DNA from: Raja brachyura
Taxonomy: Eukaryota
DNA length: 64,000 bases
Assembly (NCBI GenBank): GCA_963514005.1
Contig: OY740808.1
Coordinates: 24,428,001-24,492,000 of the forward strand
Reading direction: 5' to 3'
In this document: piece after piece, positions 53,539-64,000 of the stretch
How the letters are laid out: every line of letters starts with the position of its first letter
Position numbering within the stretch: position 1 is the first letter of the stretch
Notes under the pieces: model-generated
What the model was told of the DNA's origin: nothing
Seen by the model: only the letters and a program-made list of their open reading frames with translations
Database searches by the model: none
Made by a program: the position numbers and the translations under genes

Positions 53539-53984
53539 CTACAGAATTAAATGTGGAAAGAGAAGCTGTTAACATTGATTGTCAAAGTCGCTTTGTGAGA
53601 ACTGTTTGCAGCATGTTCTTTTTGATTTCGGATTTTTAGCTTCTGCAGTTTTCTGGTGTTCACAAGGTGAATTATTTTTATTTAAAATATTTGTATTCTT
53701 TAATTCTTTAATTTTAGCTTTCAAATATAAACTATTAACTAAACCCAGAAATTGTTTGAATGTTTGTTAATTTAGTACTTCAATCTATGCCGATACTATA
53801 TGTTGCAATTTTACGTAAATGTAAAGTTCTTGGGCTTTAACATTTGTTGCAAGCCAAGATTTCTGAAGTTAGATGAACTACATAAAATGTTGAGAAGATT
53901 CAGAATATTAAGTGGTGAGAAGGACCCAAGTGAATGACAAAAACTGTACAAATGGTATCAATTTCATTCTTACCTCTTGCAAAC

Positions 53985-53994
53985 ATTAAATAAA
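53985..53994 (+). terminator. candidate polyadenylation signal (overlapping ATTAAA/AATAAA)
   Basis: ATTAAATAAA ~450 nt after the stop codon. Confidence 0.4.
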
Positions 53995-55595
53995 TTAGAG
54001 AATGCCCTAGTATTGCTTTGCTTCCAATTCAGATTCAGAATATTTTATTGCCATATACACATGGTGCAATGAAATTCTTGGTTCGCATCAAGTTCATAGA
54101 TGCAAACAGTATACATGGTAATGATAAATACAGCGATAAAGACAACAATTAGTGCAAAACAGCAGAAGATGCAAAGACTGTAGTTCAATCTGGAGTAGTG
54201 ATAAGAAATATTAAAGCACAATAACAAACAACTGAGGTGGAGGTAGGAGTACATGACAACACTGGGAGGGGTAGTGTGAAAGTGATGAGCAGTTCTGGCG
54301 TCTGATAGCAGTGGGAAAGAAGCTGTTTTTAAGATTTGGATGTACAGGCTTTTAAGCATCTGTATTTTTGCCCAGAAGGTAGAAAATTCTCCGATTGTTG
54401 GCCAGATTAATAACATTGTTGACAGAAAAGAGATTGGAAACGTTACTTCTGAACAATTGTGTTTTCTTTCTTTTGGATATGGGAGGTTTGACATGAGAAA
54501 ATATATAATAAATCTTTGAATGCTTTCATGTCTAATGACAACTTATTTTCTGATTAATTTGTTTGTTCACTGAACAGCTTGGAAATTGACCTACATTATT
54601 TTCAACATTGTTATAATTCCATCGTCCATTATTTCAGTTGTAAAGAAGAATATAACCAAGAAAGATTATTAACATGAAAGGTCAACTCTGTTTCTCTCTC
54701 TCTACAGATGCTGTCTGACTTCCTGAGCATTACCGGCATTTTCTGTTTTGTTTTATCTTTTTGCTTTCCAGGACACGATGTTTTCATATTTCATTGGAAT
54801 TATTGTCCATTTATTATAGATTGTGTTAGAACAGTGGTCTTAACAGTTTCTGATAAGGTAATAATACACAAAAGGCACTTAAGGCATGATTTAAAGCAAT
54901 AGCACCCAATTACATTGGAAATAGTGCCAATCACAACTTTAGCCCTGGCAGTTCCAGATGCTCAGGTGGCAAGTGTGTTTAAATACTGAAACCAGAATAA
55001 TTGAATTCTTACTTGCAGCAGTTTTACAGGCCTGTAAACATAGTACTCAGCATGATTTTTTAAAAAAATCAATACATGAACAACCCCAATATGAGTCAAA
55101 AAGCCCAAAGTCTTTTGTGCAGCCAAGGCAGTTCATAGTTTAGTTTGGGTTTATAGTGTTCAAGAGCCTGACGGTTGTTGGGACGAAGCTGGTCCTGAAC
55201 CTAGAGGTCACGGTTTTCAGACTTCTATACCTTCTTCCTGATAGCAGGAGTGAAATGAGAGCGTGACTTTAATGTGATCAATGTTTTCCATAGCAACTGA
55301 TATCATCAATTCATTTCCAAACTTAATGGCATAAATTGGGTTTTGGCTGCAACTTGTTACTTTTGTTGCTTTGTCCAATGATCACAGTACTTTTTTACAT
55401 CTTTGTGATTTAAAGAGACTACTGACAAATGGACACCCAACATGCCTTCTCAATATGCTGTACAACTTTCCTGCACAATCCATCACCTAACAATGAACCT
55501 CATTCATCTGAGCCTTTTCATTTAACTGTGTGCTGTCTGTGTGGAGTTTGGATGCTCTCCTTGTGACCATGTGGGCTTCCTCCAGATAGAAACAT

Positions 55596-58500
55596 GTTCC
55601 GGTAGGCGGCAGAGCATGGTGGCTGATTAAACAGAGAGCTCCGTACAGTCAGATAAAGAAACCTCCCCTAAATTCAAACTAAGCAAGTATTTAAGTTTTA
55701 ATGAGTACAGTATGAGTGGGGGAGTCAAAACAAAGAGCAGAAAGTTGCAAGAAAAGATGCTAGAAAAGCAAGAAACAGAAGGTCAGGCCCGAAGCGACAC
55801 AGACGAAGACAAAAACAAACAGGCTGCTGGAGACGATGCAACAGAGGCCCTCCATGAGGGATTGAAAAGCATAAGTACACAAATCAGCAACTTGAGAAGA
55901 GAATTAAAAGCGGACTTCACATCATTTAAAGACGATTTCAAGCGGGATATGAGAGAAGAGCTGGCCGAATTTAAACATGAAATGAATCTTCAGATGGCAG
56001 CGAATGCACAAGCAATACAAGACCAAAAAAAAACCGGAAGAAGTCGCCACCCGAATAGAGGAGCTGGAAACATGGAGTGTCGCTGCAAACACCATACTCC
56101 AAGAAACACTGAAAGACCAGAAGTTACTTGTCGACAAATTGAATGATCTGCAGTCCAGATCCCGAAGAAATAATCTGCGGATATACGGTGTGCCAGAGAG
56201 TGCGGAAGGTAGCTCAGTACCTCAGTTTGTAGAGAAACTGCTCAGAAGTGAAATGTCAATCCCTGAAATGGCAGATTTACAGATTCAACGAGCACACAGA
56301 TCCCTGGCACAGAAACCAAGCCCCAGTTCCCCTCCGAGATCCATAATTGTCCACTTTCTCCAGTTTAAAGTTAAAGAGATGGTTCTCAAACAGGCATGGC
56401 AAAAGAAGATCCAACTTGGAGAACGAATGCTGTCTTTTGACCATGACTATACTACCACTGTAGTACAACAAAGCAAGGCATACAAACATATTAAAAGCTT
56501 CCTAAAAGAGGAAGGAATCCGCTTTCAGACACCATTTACCAAGATACATATTCACTGGGAGAGCGGACACCAAACCTGCAACAACGCAAGGGAAGCCATG
56601 CGAGAGCAACAACGGAGAGGCTATAAAGTGGAAGAGCTGCGAGGAGACACGGACATGCCGTCACTGCATGAACAACTCCACCAAACGGCACGGTGGAGCT
56701 CGTCAAGAGACACGGAGAATCAGAGACAGACAGTCAGACAGGCATGGGAGTGCCTTCAAGAATTCCAACGAAGACTCGTGCTTGAACTGAGATATGATTA
56801 TGAAGGTACGTACAGACATGGATAACACAGTGGCTTCCGCCACAATATGTTAGAATACTGAGTTCTTATGGAATCCTAAGTTTATAAATATGTGTATAGA
56901 TATGTATATTCATAGACAAATCTGTTTATAAGCCTGGTTCTAAAAATATCACCAAGCATCACAGACCTCATGTGAGTGTAATTAATGTTGATTTAATACA
57001 ACTTTCTGTATTAGATAAATCCGACTGTTAGGGAGATTAGCAAAATATTAGAGCTAGAATGAATGGAGGGACCCATAAACCCCCCTTATCTAGGAGAGGG
57101 CCCTTTCTTAGTGTTAGGCTTCCCCCCTCAATTCACAAAGGGATTCTGGATCTATGGAGGAGAGAGAATACCCTTTTTTGGGAGTCCATATATGTTTTGA
57201 TGTTTTGCCAGGTAAAACACCTTTGTTTGTTCATATGTTTTGGTTTGTTGTTCAGAATGGTTCTGGTATTGAGTTGAGGGGATACAGTGAAATTAATCAC
57301 ACTAAGTGTAATGATGCAATGTCAAGAACTTAAGCTGATGTCTCTAAATGTTAATGGTTTGGGTAATCCAATTAAGAGGGCTAAAGTCATGACTAAATTG
57401 AAAAAAGTGAATATGCATATTATTTTCTTACAAGAAACCCATTTATCACGACAAGAGCATGAGAAGCTGAAAAGATTTGGATATAAAAACACACATACTT
57501 GCAGTCATAAAAGAGGAGTGGCAATCTTGATATCAAACTCAGTTAAATTCAAAATGTTTAAAGAAATAAAAGACAAAGAGGGAGGTATATCATAGTAAAG
57601 GGTAAAGTTGATAATAATATCCTGACACTGGTGAATATCTATGCTCCCCCAGTTGGTGATAAACATTTTTTCAAATCCCTATTTGATATTATTGCAATGG
57701 AAGCAGAAGGAATTTGTATATGTGGAGGGGATCTGAATATTGTACTGAATCGTAGGCTTGATAAGACAAGTAAAAAGAAGAATAAGAACCAGTTAACAAA
57801 ACTACTAAACACTACCTGTGAAGAATTTGGTTTTCTTGATGTCTGGAGAAATTTTCACCCTCTAGAAAGAGACTATACACATTACTCAATACCACACTCT
57901 GTTTACTCCAGAATAGACTATTTCTTAATGCAGAAAGAAGACTGTTATAGGGTAACGGATTGCAGAATTGGTGTGGCAGATGTATCAGACCATAATGCCA
58001 TATACTTAACAATTCAAATGGACAGTAGAAGGAAAAACACAGTGTGGCGATTAAATGTTGGAATACCGAATGATAAAACAACTGTTGTAGAAAGGTGGTC
58101 CACCTACCCAATGGATTTTAGTAGTAAGATAAATGTGGTGAAAATGAATATTTTGTCAAGGCTATTGTACTTGTTTCAATCTCTGCCAATAGAGGTACCA
58201 TTAAAACAATTCACCGAATGGGATAAATATCTAGATTTATTTGGGGAGAAAAGAAGGCCAGAATTCGATACACTACACTCCAGTTGCCAAAGGACAAAGG
58301 TGGAATGGCACTTCCAAATTTTAGGATATATTTCTATGCAGCCCAACTTCGACCACTAATTAATTGGTATGAGGACAGCTATATAGCTAGGTGGAAAGAG
58401 ATTGAGACATATATCCCTGACTCCACATCCAAACACTTTTGGGAGAAAAAGCACTTTCTGGACATATCAGGAGTATAATAGATCCAATAACGATATTTAC

Positions 58501-59629
58501 TTTAGAAACCTGGTTCACTCTTACCAGACAACTTAAACTGAATAAATGACAAAAAGTTTTAAGATGGATAGCTTTGGATAATGAATTTAAATCAGGGATG
58601 TATGACTCAACATTTAAAGAGTGGATGAAGAAAGGAATGACTGCATTTTGTACTATTATTGAAAATGGAGACCTAAGAAGTTTTCAAGATTTGAAGAATA
58701 GATTTGCACTTCGGAACCAAGACTTGTTTAGATACTGAGAGATTATTACAATAAAAAGGTAAAAAGGGAGGCACTAGAAGAAAAGAATCCAGTGATAGAA
58801 GTGATAGTTAATGCATATCATCAAAAAACATTAAGGATTATTTCTAAACTTTATCATAGTTTAATGGAATGTCAAGCTAAAACTACATTTTATGTAAAAT
58901 TTAAGTGGGAAAAGGAATTGAACATTACAATCTCAGAAGAAGAATGGTATGATATGTGTGTAACACTACAGACATCCACTAATTCACAAAATTGGAGAGA
59001 ATTTAATTGGAAAAACTTGATTTGTTTCTTTATTACGCCTAACATAAAAAGCAAGCAAATTCTAAGGCAGCAAACATGCTGGAGGCAATGGGGTCAAACA
59101 GACGCAAATCATGCACATATCTTCTGGAGTTGCCCAAAAATAGAACTATTTTGGGACAGAGTGAATTCAGAATTAACTGAGGTATTAGGATATATAGTCT
59201 CCAAGAAGTGTTCCATTTTATACCTAGGTAATATAACTACAGTGGTGCTGAAGGAAGACCATTAATTGGTTAAAATCCTACTCACAGCTGGCAGAAAGGC
59301 CATTACAAGAAACTGGCTTGCAGAGGACACACCCAGACTTAGACAATGGGTAGACATAGTACAGGAAATATTTGTCACGGAGAAAATTACATCTTCTCTA
59401 AGAGTGAAAGAAGACGAGTTTAACAGAAAATGGATTAGGTATAGAAATAAAGACATCAACACTGTATAATTTTATTGACAATAATGTAAGTTATTGGAAA
59501 ATGTTTTAATTCTAATTCTAAACTGAACCCCCCGCTACACTGTTGTACATTTCATTATATTGTATGTTTCATTGTTATATTTGTGTTTTATTTGTGTATA
59601 CATAAAATCAATAAAAGCTAAAGTGGAAA
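55596..59629 (+). mobile_element. second L1-clade LINE, 5'-complete, RT domain deleted
   Basis: ORF1 55712-56825 (frameshift in A-run; DLQSRSRRNNLRIYGV), EN 57287-58080, then directly the post-RT region; flanked by AGAAACAT (55588-55595, 59630-59637). Confidence 0.9.
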
Positions 59630-59637
59630 AGAAACAT

Positions 59638-60968
59638 AGAAACATAGAAAATAGGTGCAGGAGTAGGCCATTCGGCCCTTCGAGCCTGCACCGTCATTCA
59701 ATATGATCATGGCTGATCAACTCAGTATCCTGTACCTGCCTTCTCTCCATACCCCCTGATCCCTTTAGCCACAAGGGCCACATCTAACTACCTCTTAAAT
59801 ATAGCCAATGAACTGGCCTCAACTACCTTCTGTGGTAGAGATTTCCAGAGACTTACCCCTCTCTGTGTGAAAAATGTTTTCCTCATCTCGGTCCTAAAGG
59901 AACTCACCCTTATCCTTAAACTGTGACTCCTTGTTCTGACCTCCCCAACATCGGGAACAATCTTCCTGCATCTAACCTGTCCAACCCCTTAAGAATTTTG
60001 TACGTTTCTATAAGATTCCCCCTCAATCTTCTAAATTCTAGCGAGTACAAGTCGAGTCTATCCAGTCTTTCCTCATATGAAAATCCTGACATCCCAGGAA
60101 TCCGTCTGGTGAACCTTCTCTGTACACCCTCTCTGGCAAGAATGTCTTTCCTCAGATTTGGAGACCAGAACTGTACGCAATACTCCAGGTGTGGTCTCAC
60201 CAAAACCCTGTACAACTGCAGTAGAATCTCCTTGCTCCTATACTCAAATCCTTTTGCTATGAATGCTAACACACCATTCGCTTTCTTCACAGCCTGCTGC
60301 ACCTGCATGCCTACTTTCAATGACTGGTGTATCATGACACCCAGGTCTCGTTGCATCTCCCCTTTTCCTAATTGGCCACCATTCAGATAATAGTCTACCC
60401 TCCCGTTTTTGCCACCAAAGTGGATAACCTCACATTTATCCACATTATACTGCATCTGCCATGCATTTGCCCACTCACCCAGCCTATCCAAGTCACCTTA
60501 CAGCCTCCTAGCATCCTCCTCACACCTAACACCGCTCCCCAGCTTCGTGTCATCCGCAAACTTGGAGATGTTGCATTCAATTCCCTCGTCCAAATCATTA
60601 ATATATATTGTAAATAGCTGGGGTCCCAGCACTGAGTCTTGCGGTACCCCACTAGTCACTGCCTGCCATTCTGAAAACGACCCATTTACTCCTTCCCTTT
60701 GCTTCCTGTCTGCCAGCCAGTTCTCTATCCACATCAATACTGAACCCCCAATACCGTGTGCTTTACGTTTGTATACTAATCTCTTATGTGGGACCTTGTC
60801 GAAAGCCTTCTGAAAGTCCAGATATATCACATCCACAGGTTCTCCCTTATCCACTCTGCTAGTTACATCCTCGAAAAATTCTATAAGATTCGTCAAACAT
60901 GATTTACCTTTCGTAAATCCGTGCTGACTTTGTCCAATGATTTCACCACTTTCCAAATGTGCTGCTAT
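59638..60968 (-). mobile_element. CR1-type LINE, 5'-truncated, young
   Basis: [50 protein letters not shown]; (TTTCTATG)n tail. Confidence 0.95.
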
Positions 60969-61136
60969 CCCTCTGGTTCTGTGGTTTTCTCCCACATCCG
61001 AAAGCCATGCAAGTTACTTGGCCTCTGTAAACTGCCCCTCATTTGCAGGTGCGTGAAATGTTCTGAGATGGGAGGGGAGTTAATAGAAACAGGTGGAGAA
61101 TAAACTGGGATTAGCTTTACTGTAAATTTGCCGTTG

Positions 61137-61266
61137 ATGGTCGGCAGTGACTTGATGGGCCCAAGGACCTGTTTCAACTATCTTAATGATTCTGTGACTT
61201 TATGGTCGGCAGTGACTTGATGGGCCCAAGGACCTGTTTCAACTATCTTAATGATTCTGTGACTTT
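61137..61266 (+). repeat. perfect 65 bp tandem duplication
   Basis: ATGGTCGGCAGT...CTGTGACTTT at 61137-61201 and 61202-61266. Confidence 0.95.
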
Positions 61267-61736
61267 ATAACCACTCTGCCAAATGGGAGTCTCCAACTGA
61301 AGGGTAGATGCGCACTTTACAGAAATTGTTGCATCTCTTTGTCATGAATCCATGCCTCAGAAATGGCAGTGATAACAAATTTGAACTCAGAATAACAGGG
61401 AGGGGGGTCACATGGAAGGAAACCACCTTCTGTTGGTGAAAAGATGCAATTATTGTCAGACAAATGCACGAGGATACATACTCAAAATAAAAAGGCCTAC
61501 AGGCATTTGGCCATAATCTTCAGTGGGAGGGGTGGGGTGGGAAGGGGAGGCATCATACAAATCAAGAAGTCTTGAATTTAAACAGCCTAGTTAATTTTGC
61601 TACCTCATGCTGTGGTTTACAAATCTTAGCCCTACTTTACAGTATTATTTGTGCGGTTATATTCTGGCTAATTAAGAATGGTTACCATCATTTATACTCT
61701 GCACTTGTAACATAGATGATCCCCAGTATACTCTAC

Positions 61737-62315
61737 TGAAATAGGTACTTTTATAACTAAACAAACAGGTTTGCTTCTTAATAAACAGACAACATACAAA
61801 CTGGTTTGGTAGACCAGTTCAAAACTTTACTTATTATCGGCCGATGGAAGGGAGCGAGAACGCTAGTCAATTGAGCAATACAGTCACTCCACTGTCGTCC
61901 TCCCCCTTCTCCGAACAACAGAATTACATTGGATTATATAGTGTTTTTTTGTCACCTTAGCACATTCCACAAACAATAGTCATGGTCAGAGGTACAGGAA
62001 ATAAAGATCACTACAGGATGCGCCTGCGTGGTCTCGTCACATCAAAGGATTCAACCATTTGTCATTGCCCCTTACTGGGATCAATCTAACTTTCTCTCTC
62101 GGCACCTCCTCCCTCATAAACATCGGACATTTGTCCCAATACCCCCTACTGGGATTAATCTGGGCTTCCTTTCTTGCCAAATGCTAAACGCATTTTAAGT
62201 CATTCATTATCTCACTACACAATAACCTAAGGCAAGCCTAATTTGAGAAGCTGTAAACTAGCCCAGGAACCAATTTAATATCTTCTTATATTTTTGACTT
62301 AATTCCGCCTTATCA
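61737..62315 (-). mobile_element. probable solo LTR (ERV1- or Gypsy-type)
   Basis: TG...CA ends with imperfect terminal IR (TGAAATAGG / CCTTATCA), 4 bp TSD CTAC (61733-61736, 62316-62319), minus-strand TATATAA near 61935. Confidence 0.6.
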
Positions 62316-62957
62316 CTACCATGGAAGGTCCGGCATCAATTAGCTGCCACACCCAATTGAATGAACCCTTTGGGATTGCTGACTGTATGGAAAGGTGATC
62401 ATGCTGGCTAAATGGCTGTAGGTCAAAGCAAATTGGTGCCCATTTGAGAAGGGTCATCAGGTGTGAACCTGCACACCCTACAATCTCTCAGAAAAGTGTG
62501 AAAATATTTATGTAACAATTATTAGCTGTCTCCATCTGTGCATCAACCTCCAGACTAGATGACATTGTCTTCACTCCTCAGATATATCTCTGGGCACAGC
62601 CAGAGAACATGCTCATGATGAAGAGGTGTGTACATCCTGAGTATGTTTGTCCCTCTCCTGCAACTGTCACCTGATCCAGTAAGTCTTTTTTGAGTACATC
62701 TTCATGTTGTTGCTGCATTACAAGAGAGCAATTTGCGATTTAGTTGGAGGGGATGTAATCGCCATTCTAAAATATCAATATATATATAACTGGCAGATGT
62801 TATGTATCTTCTCTAATTCCAGTGGTCCAAGACTCAGTGGCCTCTTGGCTTAGATCCCGTTTAGTGAGACAAATACCCTGAGAGGAAGCCGCTGAGGTCC
62901 AACCAACGTTTTGACCTCCAATGTGATAAGTCATTTTTTCTAAACAGAAATTAACTT

Positions 62958-63240
62958 AGGGTGGTACAATAGGGCAGTGGTAGAGTTGCTGCTTTACAGT
63001 GTCGGAGGCATGGTTCAATACTGACTACGGACGCTGTCTGTACGGAGTTTATACGTTCTCCCCGTGACTGTGAGTTTTCTCCAGGTGCTCCTGAAGACAT
63101 GCAGGTTTGTAGGTAGGTTGGTTGTGTTCGGTAAAATCGTCCCTAGTATGTAGGATAGTGCGAGTGTATGGGTGATCATTGATCGCATGGACTCGGTGGG
63201 CAGAAAGGCCTTTTGGCCACGCTGTATCTATAAACCTAAA
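62958..63240 (+). mobile_element. tRNA-derived SINE
   Basis: A box GGCAGTGGTAGAG, B box GGTTCAATAC, core TGTCTGTACGGAGTTT, tail GCTGTATCT. Confidence 0.85.
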
Positions 63241-63352
63241 AGAAACATGATTATAAGATTTTATTGAATTGTATTGAATTGAACACATGTATTAGCCAAA
63301 AATGTATACAGATAAGGAATTTGCCTTGGTGCTTTGCTCGCGAGTAACAATA

Positions 63353-63675
63353 CAGTGCTCACCATAATGTTTGGGACAAAGACCCATCATTTATTTATTT
63401 GCCTCTGTACTCCACAATTTGAGTTTTGTAATAGAAAATATCACATGTGGTTAAAGTGCACATTGTCAGATCTTAATAAAGGCCATTTTTATACATTTTG
63501 GTAGAAATTACAGCAATGTTTATACCTGTACATAGTCCCCACATTTCAGGGCCCCATAATGTTTGGGACACAGCAATGTGTCTCACATTTTTTCTATTAC
63601 AAATCTCAAATTGTGGAATACAGAGGCAAATAAATAAATGATGAGTCTTTGACCCAAACATTATGGAGGGCACTG
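63353..63675. mobile_element. Tc1/mariner-type MITE
   Basis: TA|CAGTG...CACTG|TA with ~85 bp TIRs and an internal third copy of CCATAATGTTTGGGACA. Confidence 0.9.
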
Positions 63676-64000
63676 TAGACAATTAAAAATAAAACATTAT
63701 GAGTCTTTTATTGGTCTTTACTGGGCTAAATTTTGAGCCAGATCGTGTTTCAATACCTTTAATCTAAATATTGAAATCCTCATTTTGGTTATGTTATGAA
63801 TTTCTCATTTTGGTTTATATGCCCCATTGAAATTGTAGATGCGAGTTCTCGTGTTCCACCTGGTAACTTTTACACAGTACCAGATGCTAGATGGAACAGT
63901 TTTTTTTAACATTATGTTGCTGAAATGAATATACTCATGGTGGATGACCAAAGTGATTTGTAATGTTCATCTTTCACACTGTTAGGTGATTCTGTGTCAG

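Larger units (their letters stand above)
55525..61200 (+). mobile_element. tRNA-SINE split by the CR1 and L1 insertions (halves ~55525-55585 and ~60970-61200)
   Basis: TGTCTGTGTGGAGTTTG...GGGCTTCCTCCAG resumes as ...GGTTTTCTCCCACATCC.AAAG on the far side, colinear with the SINE at 26286. Confidence 0.7.

Noticed and set aside
59923-60813. Long + strand ORFs
   Set aside because: Antisense shadows of CR1 ORF2.
62582-62678. AG/GTAAGT-bounded exon-like segment
   Set aside because: Stops in all three frames and no linked exons; at most non-coding.

Overview
Vertebrate genomic DNA; the repeat content (CR1/L2, L1, tRNA-SINEs, Penelope-type short repeats) suggests a cartilaginous fish such as a skate or ray (inference). 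The window holds one complete + strand gene, CFAP251/WDR66 (cilia- and flagella-associated WD40/EF-hand protein). I traced a probable non-coding exon 1 (donor at 1411) and 21 phase-compatible coding exons from 3654 to 53538 (3510 nt, 1169 aa + stop), including one GC-AG intron. The promoter is CpG-rich with CCAAT boxes and an RFX-like motif, is bracketed by a ~130 bp inverted repeat, and overlaps a candidate ATG-only first exon of an antisense gene. Introns and the 3' flank carry a structurally complete but decayed DIRS1-type retrotransposon, a full-length L1 with a 15 bp TSD, a nested SINE>CR1>L1 stack, Harbinger- and Tc1-type MITEs, a solo LTR, and many short repeats containing a minimal hammerhead-ribozyme core, best preserved as a tandem-plus-inverted cluster at 32542-32810. 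All calls are by eye; no searches were run.
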